Shown: one piece after another, positions 1-12,205 of the stretch
Layout of the letters: each line of letters begins with the position of its first letter
Position numbering within the stretch: the first letter of the stretch is position 1
Assembly (NCBI GenBank): GCA_000002445.1
Contig: CP000068.1
Location: 96,001 to 160,000 of the forward strand
Source of the DNA: Trypanosoma brucei
Taxonomy: Eukaryota
Length of the DNA stretch: 64,000 nt
Reading direction: 5' to 3'
Position numbers and translations under genes: made by a program
Notes under the pieces: generated by a model
What the model saw: only the letters and a program-made list of their open reading frames with translations
What the model was told of the DNA's origin: nothing
Database searches by the model: none

Positions 1-1652
1 GAATGTATAATTCTCAGCTGCAGAGCAATGCCAACTCCGCGTAAATATTACCGTATTTTTTTTTCCACGCAATCGCGTGTCATGTTTTCAAATAACGACT
101 CTGCTGATCGCCGTACACTGTCGTGAATCGTAAAGTGTGGTGGGCCTCTTACTGGCATAGAAGGAGGGGGCATCTACTGAATACAATGTATAGCTTTCTG
201 TACTTCTACCCGTAAGGATTTTGCGGAATTTCGTCAGGTGGAAGGGCGCGCTCAGTTGGTGGGTTTGTGACTTCCAAGTGTTCTGTCGAGCAGCAAAGAA
301 AAAATGAACGGGCCGTGATGAGGTTGTCGAAGTAAACGAAGTTCATACTATGAATTGTTTCCTTTCCAAAAAGATAGAAAAGGACGAAAACATAGAAGAT
401 GAAGGAGGATGAGACCTCATTCATGATATGTGCAACCCTTCCGCTTCTTCAGTAATTGCATGCATAGTGTGGTTCGATTAATCAAGCCGATCTGACCGTA
501 AGATTCCATACTTAACTTGGACCGTGTAGCACGGGAAAAACACAACTGACGGAGCATTTGCCATCTCTGCAGATAGGAATAAGGTGAGTGTTTGATTAAC
601 CTTCATTTGTTGCAGGCATGAGGCACTTGAGTGTATGCACCGTCGTCAAATAATTGTTGTGTCGTATTTTTCGGAGCAGAGGCTGGTCTTTTTCTGGTGG
701 AAAAAGTCACGTCCGTTAGGCATGTTGGATACGGGAAAAGACTGCTAGCACAAGATTGTTCACGGGCGTTAGACTTCACTGACCGGTTTGCTTGCAAGCT
801 CCTGGAGTGGATCGAACCGAAGTGCGCAATAATAAAAGATACTGTTAAGATGCGTTTCACATATGAACTCATCGAGTCGGTACGTTATAATCATCTGACC
901 ACATAGGTCCTCTTAAATGATGCATCGATGAGGGGTGGTCCACTTGAAAAATCGTGTTGAAGTGAAAGTTTGTTCATCCACTTCAGCTAACTGGTGTTAC
1001 TGTCAGACAAAGTCTTGCCAGTGCAAAACCTGGACAGAAAAGGAAAACTCGATGAGTATAAGCTGGTCGTGTATATCAAAGTGCATTTGCGTTGCTTGTG
1101 ACGTGGTGATTTCGATCATTGCAACAACCATCCTAGTGGCGCCACCGTTGGCGTTGCTCGTTTGTTGTGGGTCAATCGTCAGCTTCAGTTGTTGAGAACC
1201 CTCCGAAGTCGATCCTCGATCTTCTTCCTCAGACTGTCACTGCCAAGTCGCAACGGATTGGTTAATTGCTTTATTTGCAAGGAGAGGAATTTGGCAGGAC
1301 CCGGTTGGCACCGCCCACACCACTCTGGAGCATATGCTGTCTGAGTTTCGGGAGACTGAGGCAATGGGGAAGTTAAAAGTGGTTGGGATCCCACATATAT
1401 ACGTGTATGTATATCAAGCTATTAGTCCGCTTTCCTTGTTCAGTTAACCTCTCCAATGGACTCTTCCATTGAAACTCTTTTTATCGACGTTTGTCGTTCT
1501 CTTGCTGGCAGTTGTTTTTGTGGTAGCCGCTTGTTGTCATCCCAAGTTGTTTGTTTTTGTTTTGAACCAGCTCAAAGTGCCGCACATTTTTCTCTTTCGA
1601 TAGCATTAGTTTGAAAACAGTACAGAAACGAGCACGACATCCTTTCTAGCAA

Positions 1653-3116
1653 ATGCCACGAAGATTTGCCTTTGCACGCTCAGCAACCCTGTGCGTTTTC
1701 ATACTGTTGTCTCTCCTCACGGAGGCATTCCCTGAGTATGTAGGTGGGAAGATTGGACAAACACCACCCAGTGATTTCCCTCCAGGAAACGTTAGGTTCG
1801 GCATAGACGATGCGGCAATCGCCCCGGTGGTGCCCCTAATCCTCAAAACACTGAAGAGCTTCATTGGAAGTGTCACAGTCCCTGAGCAAAGGTTACACGG
1901 AGTGAGTTTGGAAACGATGCAAGTGCAAGACATAAACATTGGAAATATGTCGCTACACATGAATAGTACGAACAGGGTTGATGTATCGGTATGGAACATG
2001 ACGGCTAATGTCCCAGAAACCAACTTCAGCTACAATCTGGTGTTTGTGTCGTGCAGTGGAACGGCGAAAACCGATGTTCGCAATGCCAACGTGTCGTTTG
2101 CAATGCGTTTGTCCATCGGAGTGGGTGGCATCCTCGATGTATCGGTGGAGGACATGGCAATCCAACTTTTAGACCTGGTCATTACACCTTCACTGAATGG
2201 TTGGTGCAAGTCTATGGATTTTGTTGTTGGGACCCTTATGAATATTTTTAAGCGAAGCATAGCGGATTATCTGCAGCAGTATGTGCCGGCTATGGTCCAG
2301 CCGATCGTAAGAGCAAAGACGGTGGACATACTTCAGAAACTTCCCATCTCATTTGTGAGCCCTCCAAACATCACGGACGGACGGATGGAACTTACGCTGG
2401 CCATTCACTCTGAAATACCAATAAACCGAACGACAAAGGCGGGGATGTTTACCGAAATTGGGGGCCCGCTCCCCGAGCGGGACATTTCCATGATCTGCTC
2501 CTTTGCAGCTGCAAATAATGTACTGCGCCTTCTTCATTTATTCGGTAACCAGAGTCTTCTGAATATGACAATTCCCATTCCAGGAATATACAATTCCTCT
2601 CTCGCGGAGTCGATATACCCCGATGTGGTCGAACTTTGTCCCAACTGTCCTTTAAAGTTTGTCACTGGATGGACAGCAGCGCCGTGGCTTGAGCCCGTAA
2701 GCGACAAAGCGTTTATCACAAATGCCCAAGGCCCTACCCTTTCCATGGATATGGTAATGGATGACAACACGTCGGTAACTGTGCTTGGTGCTCATCTAAA
2801 CGCGACCGCCAACGTGACTCATCTTTCCACCGACAACAGTGGCCGTATCACCATAAAGTTGGCCTCCGTGAATGCTGCGGTGGCACTATATGCTCCGTTG
2901 GGGCGAAAAATAAATTCAACATCACTCAATACAGATGTTCAGGTCTTATTGAATGAGATCGTGGTGCCGCTTGTTAATGCGCAAACGGGAGGATTCGCAC
3001 TTCCGTTCGATGTAACAGATCTTTTGCTGAAGGTGTCAAATGCCACCATCAGTGTGGGACTTAATGCGATGGAAGCATATCCGCTTATCGGCTCATGCAT
3101 TGATCGTATATGGTGA
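1653..3116 (+). CDS. hypothetical secretory protein of 487 aa. It has a cleavable-looking N-terminal signal peptide (MPRRFAFARSATLCVFILLSLLTEAFP) and at least 15 N-x-S/T sequons. No C-terminal TM or GPI-like hydrophobic tail.
   Basis: Uninterrupted 1464 nt ORF with no competing long ORF. Hydrophobic N-terminus. Dense sequons (NMSL, NSTN, NMTA, NFSY, NVSF, NITD, NRTT, NQSL, NMTI, NSSL, NTSV, NATA, NVTH, NSTS, NATI). Function not recognised; an amphipathic beta-rich lipid-binding (BPI/TULIP-like) fold is only a guess. Confidence 0.5.
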   Translation: MPRRFAFARSATLCVFILLSLLTEAFPEYVGGKIGQTPPSDFPPGNVRFGIDDAAIAPVVPLILKTLKSFIGSVTVPEQRLHGVSLETMQVQDINIGNMSLHMNSTNRVDVSVWNMTANVPETNFSYNLVFVSCSGTAKTDVRNANVSFAMRLSIGVGGILDVSVEDMAIQLLDLVITPSLNGWCKSMDFVVGTLMNIFKRSIADYLQQYVPAMVQPIVRAKTVDILQKLPISFVSPPNITDGRMELTLAIHSEIPINRTTKAGMFTEIGGPLPERDISMICSFAAANNVLRLLHLFGNQSLLNMTIPIPGIYNSSLAESIYPDVVELCPNCPLKFVTGWTAAPWLEPVSDKAFITNAQGPTLSMDMVMDDNTSVTVLGAHLNATANVTHLSTDNSGRITIKLASVNAAVALYAPLGRKINSTSLNTDVQVLLNEIVVPLVNAQTGGFALPFDVTDLLLKVSNATISVGLNAMEAYPLIGSCIDRIW

Positions 3117-6100
3117 ATGGTTCGTTTTGTGAAATCGCATCCTTTTGGGCGAAAGAATAGCCAAGGTTGTTTACTTACCAGTGAAGGGTTAGTTATACGT
3201 GGTGTATGTGCTCATTTACTTTTATCGATCGTTTTTTGTTGTTGTTCGTTCGTTTTAATTTGTTGATTTCATTTCTAAGGGAATGTTGTTTTGCGAGGTC
3301 CAACCACAATTATGGTTACTATGCTTTTTAAATAAAGTTATCGGGGTACGCATACATACATACATGTGCGTGCGTGTGCAAAAATGGTCCTTCCCTTGGG
3401 GAAAATATCACAGGGCGCATCAGCTTCCTACGAAGGGAGGGGCACCGTCCTCGCAGGCGCGTGATTTGGGTACTATGCTTGGTTTAAGGGGGAAGATATG
3501 TGAAAGCGCGCTTGTACATATGTCTGTATGTTTAACAGCTCAGCGGAGGTCAGGAGGGAGGTTGTTGGTTGCCTTTTAAACGTAACGATAGGAAATGAAA
3601 TGCAAGGCGCACCACCCATGGGCACGGAACTCACATTCAGCAGGTTTCTTCCGACCTCCGTGTTTGTTGTCTTGTGCGCGCATGATTCCTGCAATCATAT
3701 GCGCACGGTGCCCACATTTCTGTCAGAACTGTCTTGTGACTTTCTCACACCCTATACGTCGCAGGTGTGTCCCATTAAGTGAAGTTTCTTTTATATATTT
3801 TTTTTTTTTTAAAAAGCTAAAAGTACGTTGAGATGGCAGTTACCCTCATGTATCGGCAGCAAATGCCTCAGATGTCGACGGCCACCATCACCGCGGCCAC
3901 TGAGGGAGGCATTATCGGCTACGGCACCCATCAGAGCCAAGACGGAGATATGTGTGACCACCTCTGGGGTCCCTGAAGCTCTGAAAAGCGGGAAATAAAG
4001 GGCCTCCATGGGCTGAAGGGTGACAATCGCCTCAATTTTGAGTTGCAGCAACTGTACAGAAATATCACAGTGCCGCGGGCGTCTGTCGGAAGCCAAGCGA
4101 AGGACGGTGACAAGGGCCCACAAATGGGGAAACGGTGGCGCCCACTCCCGTGTTTATGCCAAAAACAGCGACAGCAGCAGCAGCAACTGTAGCGCTGTTA
4201 TCGCTGACGAGTGGCGGACGTAACGAAAGTTACCTTTCACTTTAACAAGGGTGAAGGCGATTCATTAGAGCTTAGCTGCCGGTTTTGAACACGAGGAAAA
4301 TGTGTAGTTGGACCGACTGAACGGGTAAAGGGGCGACTGCGCTGTGTTAAGCACCTGAGGACCATTGTCTGTTTAAGGGCGTGGAGCCGTGTTCGGGAGC
4401 GCCGGGTGTGGCTATCTTAGTGGGAGTTTTCAAAAAAAAAAAAAAGAGCGTTGGTCTTGTGAAGATAGCGGGCCATGTAGAGTGCGACTTGAACGGCGAG
4501 CGCGGTGGGGAAATAGGTAGCAACTGCAAACCACGCGCGGAGCCACGTTTTGCGCCCTGTGGACCCGCCTACAATTAAGGCAGTAGCGAACGGACACGCG
4601 GAGTTACGCCTGGCACGCAAATGAGTTGTGCGGCACAAGCCTCATGAGCTGAAGCGGCGCCCCACAGAAAGAAAATGGGAGCTGAAGGAACGAGAAGTGA
4701 CCGCACCGGCGCGCAACGGAACTGCTTGAGGCACCGGTGGAGAATTCCCTTTTCAGACATTACCCCCGCGGGTTTTGCTGTGGAGGTGGAAGCGAGACGC
4801 TATTCAAAGAGGGCCGCTGCCGCCATCGGCTGCAGCACCCCCTCGTCCGTATTGAAAATGGGAACGGTGGAATCGTTTCCCAAAATGGGGTGAGCAAACT
4901 CAAGTAATTTCTTTTGTGCACCACGGCTAAAAAAAAAATGTGGGAATAGCGCAGCTTGCGTTCTGCAGACGAAGCCTCGGTAGAATTCGCCTTTGCCGCT
5001 ACACTCGGAACACGCCCAACGTAGCGGCTAGAAAGGATAGGCCGGGGTGCAATTCACCTCTTGTCTCGTTGCAAACGCAAATTTTATGCATCCACCGAAC
5101 GATTTTGCCATCTGCCAGAGTTGAGAAGGCAGCAGGCCCCCGTCCCTTCCTCGACTAAGCAAACATAAGGGCAGTATGGAATGTTACCCCTCTTGTGACG
5201 CGTTGGGACTGGCAATTCCATAAATTCCTTTTTCCCTCACCACACGAAGTAGTTCGCAACTTTTGGACCAGTAGGGTGTAATGCATTTGGGCCGCTTCCG
5301 CACCATGGATATTCGGGAAGCGCAGCTATGAACAGTTTTGCTGCGGCGCAAGTGCGGATGTCCCTCTTTAACGACGCACGACCCCAACCCACCATAAATA
5401 TCAAAACCCCGTCGATCGACAACCCCAAAGTTCTCAACATTAGGTATGAGCAACTTCCCTCAATCACCGAACGCGACAGCATCACGAGATGGAAACGTTT
5501 CGTTGTGGCACGTCTCCTTCCTTTTTGACAATTACCAAGCAACCAAACGGCCAAATGCAAGGGATAAACCGGCGACGGTTGTTGAGTGTGTCTGCCGTTA
5601 TTGTTGTTATCTTTTTTGTTCCGACCTTGCACTGAATTGAGTTGTGTGGCAAAGCTCCCTCCGGCACTCTCCTGCACATTTGCGGCTCCTAAGACTTAGA
5701 AGCCCCATTAAGGGAAGGGGAAAACTCCAGAGACTGTTCAGTGGAAATGAAGGCGCTCCTCTTCCTTTCATCGAGGTGTGATTGAGGAAAATATTGGTTT
5801 CAGGAGTTATAACTTTCTGGTGGGTTTAAAAACTGCACCATTTTCCCAGTGATGTCAATGCTACACTTTCCAGAGAGTATCAACTCCCGCCCCATCTAAA
5901 GGAGAAAAGAAAAAAGAAGGGCACAAGCGCCTCCGTTGCGTTTGTGATGGTGTGTAAAATTCCAGGGGCCCATTTTATTAACTCATGTGGAGTCGATTCA
6001 AATTCAATAGTTCCCCATTTTCGCTAAGGCATCGGAGCCCTACCCGAATATTCTCAGGCAATTTCACTTGGGAGAGGAATGACTTTAGATCAAACAATTC

Positions 6101-8474
6101 CACCGACTGGTCATGGAGAGTATTTAAATACTGGGAAAAGTGACCCAATGGGAAATATGCCTCATAATCATCCCTGCTCTTTTTAGCCTTTGGTCATGCA
6201 ATAAACCAACGCCCTCTTACAATTCTATGTTTCCTCAATCACAAAGAGTGGCACACAACCCATCCTGTCATATGTCTCTTTGAAACTGTGCTAATGATAC
6301 GCGGCTGCTTCATTATTTGGGCATCCTTTTCTACAATGGGCAATTCAGATTTCCCTGTTTGATACTTTCTCTCTTTCCACATCATCTGTGCTATTCATAA
6401 TGCTCCAAACCTCATCAAATCGCTTACTCGCTGCTTGCATCATCCTCTGTCGTATCCACGAAAAGGAAATCATTCTCACATTCATTTCCTATTGGAGAGG
6501 TGAAGTCTTTTCCTCATCCCGTGAGGTCACCTTTGTTTTCCCTTGTGAGTGTCAAGGAATGCTGTGCCATCGATAATTTGGAAAGGTATTCCCTGTTATA
6601 AATCTCGTCTTCCCTCACACTGAGGCTGCACATTCCTCCCAATTGTATCTTACATCAAAGACAACAAAAAGAATCGACTTGCTTACGGAAGCTGTCACAC
6701 ATCTGAGATACCACACTGTGCTTCGTTGGAGTTCCATTGTGTAGATGTGCTTTCCCAATTGTATTAATAATATGTTGTCAATGTCGTGCTTCCATTGCAA
6801 CTACTGCCGCTGCGCGTGTCAGAAGTGATCTTCTCTTTATGGGATGTTCTATCATTACGTATGGTCTTTTCAGTATGGTGTCATTTTCCGCTTTGTGGTA
6901 ATGGCTATGAACTTCTTCCCCTTTCCTCCAGAGGTTCCTCCCTATGACTTTTCTCACACTGGTAATATCCTTTTCCCAGTTGATAATTATGCATCGTGCG
7001 ACTCTGTGGGTATCGCTTTTGAATTTCTTTGGAAGGTTCCCTCCAAAAAAATTCCACTATTGAGGCTTGCTTTTCGTATGAGTGTGGTATAACATTTTCC
7101 TTTTTTGGGAGCTGTATAATTTCTTTTCCTCCAATGCTGGCTAATTCAGTCCATTGATATTGCAACTGGATACCACTCTGGACGGAGCTTCCCGCAAGAT
7201 ATTATCGAATCCCCATTACAACATGTGTTGTGTTTGTTTGATGGGTTCATCTGTTACCGCATTGTAAAGACGGACCCAAAAACAACATCCGCGTCGGTGT
7301 GTCCAATAGAAATGATGGAAGAGCTCTCCTGTACTGAAATGGCAATGCTTTTTGCGAGTCGTAAACTTACAACAACAAATAAAAGTGCAGTTACATCCTA
7401 TGCTGGCATGCGGTAACGATTTTCCGCCAATGCATAAAAACTCCACATGACGAATTCCCTATTGCCCACATGTTTTAGTCCTCAGTCACACTCACTTTGC
7501 TATTCTATTGGCTCCTAAAACCAATGCCATGATGTACGGATGGCTTTGTGTGTGGTAACTGCAATAATGATAATAATAACTCCTTTCACCAATGAGTATA
7601 TTTTTTGGTTGTAAAAGTGCTCTTGGTGTCACTCCATTTTTCTTTTTTTTAATCCTCAGCTACTGAGGGGCTGTTGTATTTTTTATTAAAGAGTGATGCA
7701 CCGTTTTATTCCCCATCCCTTTTAGGTGACTTCCTCCTGCACAGTTTTTAATTTTTCATTGTAGAATGTTTCTCAAGGTGTTTCCTTTGTGAAGCTTTGG
7801 TCATGCTATTATTAAAGACCACTCAACTCCCTGCTTTCGGGACCTGCTGTTGCATTTATTCCCCTTTAGTTGCTGCAAATTTGTTTATTTGACAAATTGT
7901 ACTGCAATACTTCACTTGAACATATGTGTAACAACGTGTCTCGTTGCTTTGTAAAAATTCAAAAAGAACACATCAGGTGATATTCTTCTGTTCCTACTTC
8001 GTACATTCACATCTCTTCCCGTCAGTTCGGAAACTCCCACACAAACTCACCACTCTGTGAAGATTTGTAGTTTCCGTTAGTGATGGACGTACTCAAGTGG
8101 ACATGTTTGGCGCCTAAAAACTTACTTTCGAAGTTTACACTTTCTTGCAGACAGCTTCAGTCCGAGAGCAAAATGATAGTTAAACATCAACACAAAACGT
8201 AAATCCAAACTCCCATTGACGAGAGCCTTTAAAATAAATACAAAAATGTTCACCCTGCACGTTACGCCCGAAAGTACCTTATAAAAATAACATTAAGCAA
8301 GCATCAACAATTTGAATGGAGCCACAAGGACAATTAATGGCGTATAATATTTCCACTAAACCTTGCGTGGAAACCGTTAAATTGCATCAAGCACCTAATT
8401 TCAATTCCAGTTCCAAAATCATACACACATGTATCTATGTCTGTTCCTTCGTGTTCGGGCACCTGTGATAGTGT
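3117..8474. terminator. convergent strand-switch region between the + gene at 1653-3116 and the - ISG75 array. Putative Pol II termination zone.
   Basis: Gene orientation converges here. No credible ORFs. Contains the 390 bp dispersed element and GC-rich non-coding islands. Confidence 0.45.
5568..5960 (-). repeat. dispersed element of about 390 bp, copy 1, inside the left convergent strand-switch region
   Basis: Reverse complement of 31920-32310 at about 95% identity, read directly (for example …GGCGACGGTTGTTGAGTGTGTCTGCCGTTATTGTTGTTATC… and …GGGAAGGGGAAAACTCCAGAGACTGTTCAG…). Confidence 0.8.
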
Positions 8475-10043
8475 TTAAATATCACTGTCGAAACCTGCTG
8501 CGGTCTTCGTATTTTTGCTTTTAGCATTAGCCTCCTCTATGTTTATATCATCCTTCACCTCAGCCTTCCTACGGCCCCTAATAACAAAGAACACAAGCAA
8601 CCCAAGCAACAGCAAAAGCAAAGGAATTAAAAATATTAACACTTTCGTTGTCCCAATCCAGCCACTCTTGGCCTCGCTGCCCTCATCATCATGGTCAGCG
8701 TTTACGTCGTCCTCTTCACCACTTTCTTTCGACTCCTCTTTCAATTCCTCAGCCAATTTTTCTACATCCTTCTTCAGTTTCTCTTCAGATTCCTCGGCGC
8801 CCTCCTTGTCCCACCGCGCAACTTCTGCATCTTCGGTGGCTTTGACGCGCTCCTCCTCCGCTTCCTCAAATGCCTTTCTCGAATCTTTCACCTGCTTTTC
8901 TGCAGCCTTTTCAGTTGCCTCAGCTTCCTCAACAGCCTCCAGCAACATCTTTTTCTTTTCTTCACTCACCGGCTGACCCGCCTCCTTTGCCTTCTCAGCC
9001 TTCTCAGCTTCCAAGCGCCTGGCCTCCGCCTGTTCCTCAGCAGCCACTCGTCTCGCCTCAGCCTCCTCCAAAGCCTTTCTCGCTTCCTCAGCAGCCTTCT
9101 CAGCAGCCTGGCGTTTCGCCTCCTCCTCCGCCGCCCGCGCCTCTGCTGCTTTTTTCCATTCCAGATACTGTGCAAGAGACTCCCTTCCAATCTGTTGAAA
9201 TCTCTGAGCATAGTGAGTCACCCCCAAGGAATTGCGGACTAGAGTTTCAAGTTTGAGTATCGCATACCTTGCTGCATCGTAGTCCCACCGCCAACTTTCA
9301 AGCAGCGTGCATGGTTTATCGGAGGAGGACGCACTTCTTGACGAATGGCCGCTGCTGCACTCAACAGCATCCCTTGCATCAGCCTTGGGCTTTGCTCGAT
9401 TCCATGCCTCGACTGCCCCCTCCATGTTGGAGAAGGTCACATCAGTTTTTGCAGCCGGAATAGACTTGTACTCGCAATATATAACGTATGCGCGAGCGTC
9501 ATCATGTCCAAAATTTCGATGATAGTCATGTTTATACGCACTGGGATCGCAGTTTGCGTTAGCCATATGGTCAAACGAATCACGGATTGCTTCCTTGTTT
9601 ATACAGTGCCATTTTAGCAACTCCTTGAGAACTTTGCTCGAGTTCGCTGCAGCCCTCTTCGCCTTCTCCCATGCCTCCTCAACGCTCCTTTTCGTTCGGT
9701 TCGCTACACGTTGGACACCACGCATCTGATCCAACATCTTTTGTCCCAGCGCCGCCCTCATATCATCATGCTCTGACACTTTCTGAAAAATTTCTCTCGC
9801 GACCTTCAAATATTTCCAGGATTGCCTCTCTAGAAAGTCTGCTCTATCAGCAACACCGTCAAGCAACTTTTTCATGGTACACAGTGTCAACACAGCTTCA
9901 CCATCAAGTTTCCGCCCATTTATTGTTACATACTGCTTATATGCGACAGGTAAGTTGCTTGCCTTGGACACATCGAGCGCACATATGCCGCAGAGGAGAA
10001 ATACTGTTGCAGTAGTGCGTAATGTAACAGGCATCGTTGACAT
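8475..10043 (-). CDS. ISG75: invariant surface glycoprotein ISG75 family, copy A (subtype 1), 522 aa type-I membrane protein
   Basis: Signal peptide MSTMPVTLRTTATVFLLCGICALDV; ectodomain with conserved Cys and the motif FSNMEGAVEAWNRAKPK; EEA/KRQAAEKAAEEARK coiled coil; TM LIFLIPLLLLLLGLLVFFVI; short K-rich tail RGRRKAEVKDDINIEEANAKSKNTKTAAGFDSDI. Size matches the ISG75 of roughly 523 aa I recall. Near-identical over its C-terminal half to the five other copies in the window. Confidence 0.85.
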   Translation of the reverse strand: MSTMPVTLRTTATVFLLCGICALDVSKASNLPVAYKQYVTINGRKLDGEAVLTLCTMKKLLDGVADRADFLERQSWKYLKVAREIFQKVSEHDDMRAALGQKMLDQMRGVQRVANRTKRSVEEAWEKAKRAAANSSKVLKELLKWHCINKEAIRDSFDHMANANCDPSAYKHDYHRNFGHDDARAYVIYCEYKSIPAAKTDVTFSNMEGAVEAWNRAKPKADARDAVECSSGHSSRSASSSDKPCTLLESWRWDYDAARYAILKLETLVRNSLGVTHYAQRFQQIGRESLAQYLEWKKAAEARAAEEEAKRQAAEKAAEEARKALEEAEARRVAAEEQAEARRLEAEKAEKAKEAGQPVSEEKKKMLLEAVEEAEATEKAAEKQVKDSRKAFEEAEEERVKATEDAEVARWDKEGAEESEEKLKKDVEKLAEELKEESKESGEEDDVNADHDDEGSEAKSGWIGTTKVLIFLIPLLLLLLGLLVFFVIRGRRKAEVKDDINIEEANAKSKNTKTAAGFDSDI

Positions 10044-10633
10044 CCGTTAAAACTTATCTGTCACCCTCCTCTGATCACCACTTCCTCAGCTTGTCAGTCT
10101 CAACCTCACGTTACCTTGGCCGTAGAAATATGCAATCAACTACAGTCAAATATCCAAGAGAAAATAAGAAAGGGAAGGGAATCGATAGAAACGACCAAAG
10201 AGTAAAAATATGCGCGATTGAGCAAAGGAAATAATATGCGTATCCAATAGCGGATTTGTTGCAGTTCACCCGAACATGGACAACCTCCACGGCAGTCTTT
10301 CATTACACCCTTCATAGTAGCGCAAGGAATGTATGAATACCCTTAACACATGAAATAAGCAATACGTATGAAAAAAGGCATCAGCACTGGTATCCGCAGC
10401 TACCAATGCGGCCCTACCTCAAACCGGTAGTATGTGGGAAAAGGGTAATAACCTTGAGATGAGCTGCAAGGAACTGGTCAGACCGAAACATTACAAGCAA
10501 CGGTATAAAAAGCAAGAAACGAAAACATATAAAAAGCACCCTTATATCACTTATAGCAACCGATTTCAATTCCAAAATCATACACACAAATGCCTATACC
10601 TGTTCCTTCGTGTTCGGGCACCTGTGATAGTGT

Positions 10634-12205
10634 TTAAATATCACTGTCAAGACCTGCTGCGGTCTTCGTATTTTTGCTTTTAGCATTAGCTTCCCCTATG
10701 TTTATATCATCCTTCACCTCAGCCTTCCTACGGCCCCTAATAACAAAGAACACAAGCAACCCAAGCAACAGCAAAAGCAAAGGAATTAAAAATATTAACA
10801 CTTTCGTTGTCCCAATCCAGCCACTTTTGGCCTCGCTGCCCTCATCATCATGGTCAGCATTTACGTCGTCCCCTTCACCACTTTCTTTCGACTCCTCTTT
10901 CAATTCCTCAGCCAATTTTTCTACATCCTTCTTCAGTTTCTCTTCAGATTCCTCGGCGTCCTTCTTTTCCTCTTTTGCAGCCTCTGCATCTTCGGTGGCT
11001 TTGACGCGCTCCTCCTCCGCTTCCTCAAATGCCTTTCTCGAATCTTTTGCCTGCTTTTCTGCGGCCTTTTCAGTTGCCTCAGCTTCCTCAACAGCCTCCA
11101 GCAACATCTTTTTCTTTTCTTCACTCACCGGCTGACCCGCCTCCTTTGCCTTCTCAGCCTTCTCAGCTTCCAAGCGCCTGGCCTCCGCCTGTTCCTCAGC
11201 GGCCACTCGTCTCGCCTCAGCCTCCTCCAAAGCCTTTCTCGCTTCCTCAGCAGCCTTCTCAGCAGCCTGGCGTTTCGCCTCCTCCTCCGCCGCCCGCGCC
11301 TCTGCTGCTTTCCTTCTCTCCTCATGCTGTGCAAGAGACTCTTTGTAACCCTCTAGCACTTTCTTAGAGTAGTGAAAAACCCTTAAAGCTAGGGTCGCAT
11401 CCTTCTCGACCTTCGATATTAAATGTGCCGTTACTCTGTAGTTCCAAAGCCAGTTCTCCAGCACTGTGCATGGTCGTCCAGCGGGAGCTGCTTGGTGAGC
11501 GGGTGCGCCTGCTCCACATATCATAACACGAGCGGAGTACGGTTTGGGTTTTACCTGGTTCCATATTTCGAGTGCCCTCTCCATGTTGGAGAACGTCGTT
11601 TGTGTAATGACGCTGTCCACTACTTTGTAGTTGCATAAAATGCTGTATTTATGGGGATCAAGCCTCGAATGTTCATAGTAGTAGTCTCGCTTGTACGCGT
11701 TGGGTAAGCAGTTCTCATTTCGACCGTAGCCAGGAAGGACGTCATGACTCGCCGTCCTGTCAACACAATGCCACGTCAGCACTTGGTCGAGAGCTGCACT
11801 TGCATTTGCCGCCGCTGCCTTAGCCCGCTCTCCTGTGCCCCCCATGTACTTGATTATGCCATTGCCCAGCGATTTCATGTACTGTATTTCCCGAAGCTTA
11901 TTTGAAGGGAATGATAACTCCATTCCCTTGTCATCCGATATTTTACGAAAATTCGCATTCGCATTGTTGACATACATATACGCCTGCTGTTCAAACATGT
12001 CAACCCTGGAGTTCACGCCGTCAAGCATCTTCTTCATTTCGCACAGTGTCGTAGCCCCTTGTCCATCAAGTTGCCGAGCACCTGCTGTTACATATTGTTT
12101 TTGTGCAACAGAGAGCTCCTCCGCCCAAGTCACATCGAGCGCACATATGCCGCAGAGGAGAAATACTGTTGCAGTAGTGCGTAATGTAACAGGCATCGTT
12201 GACAT
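10634..12205 (-). CDS. ISG75: ISG75 family, copy B (subtype 2), 523 aa
   Basis: Same signal peptide, coiled coil, TM and tail as copy A. The ectodomain is of a second type (DVTWAEELSVAQKQYV..., ALEIWNQVKPKP, PCTVLENWLWNY). One tandem unit of about 2.16 kb. Confidence 0.85.
   Translation of the reverse strand: MSTMPVTLRTTATVFLLCGICALDVTWAEELSVAQKQYVTAGARQLDGQGATTLCEMKKMLDGVNSRVDMFEQQAYMYVNNANANFRKISDDKGMELSFPSNKLREIQYMKSLGNGIIKYMGGTGERAKAAAANASAALDQVLTWHCVDRTASHDVLPGYGRNENCLPNAYKRDYYYEHSRLDPHKYSILCNYKVVDSVITQTTFSNMERALEIWNQVKPKPYSARVMICGAGAPAHQAAPAGRPCTVLENWLWNYRVTAHLISKVEKDATLALRVFHYSKKVLEGYKESLAQHEERRKAAEARAAEEEAKRQAAEKAAEEARKALEEAEARRVAAEEQAEARRLEAEKAEKAKEAGQPVSEEKKKMLLEAVEEAEATEKAAEKQAKDSRKAFEEAEEERVKATEDAEAAKEEKKDAEESEEKLKKDVEKLAEELKEESKESGEGDDVNADHDDEGSEAKSGWIGTTKVLIFLIPLLLLLLGLLVFFVIRGRRKAEVKDDINIGEANAKSKNTKTAAGLDSDI

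Noticed and set aside
8515-9256. Multiple long overlapping ORFs in other frames and on the opposite strand of every ISG75 copy (for example 153 aa MLLALASSMFISSF…, 183 aa MVSVYVVLFTTFF…, 128 aa proline-rich MPFSNLSPAFLQPFQLPQ…, arginine-rich 81 aa). Repeated at 10674-11367, 12842-13694, 26247-26952 and 28163-29111.
   Set aside because: They all lie over the GAG/GCG/AAG-rich coiled-coil coding segment. Its codon periodicity leaves every frame open and yields low-complexity S/F/L-, P/Q- or R-rich translations. Their conservation just reflects the near-identity of the ISG75 repeat units.
10037-10234. 65 aa ORF (MTSVKTYLSPSSDHHFLSLSVSTSRYLGRRNMQSTTVKYPRENKKGKGIDRNDQRVKICAIEQRK) conserved upstream of all six ISG75-family genes. 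Copies also at 12199, 14367, 16561, 25233 (-) and 27392 (-).
   Set aside because: It is antisense to the ISG75 5' flank and overlaps the ISG75 start codon. Its conservation is explained by the conserved 5' UTR and splice-acceptor region of the repeat unit (poly-Y tract plus AG), not by coding selection.
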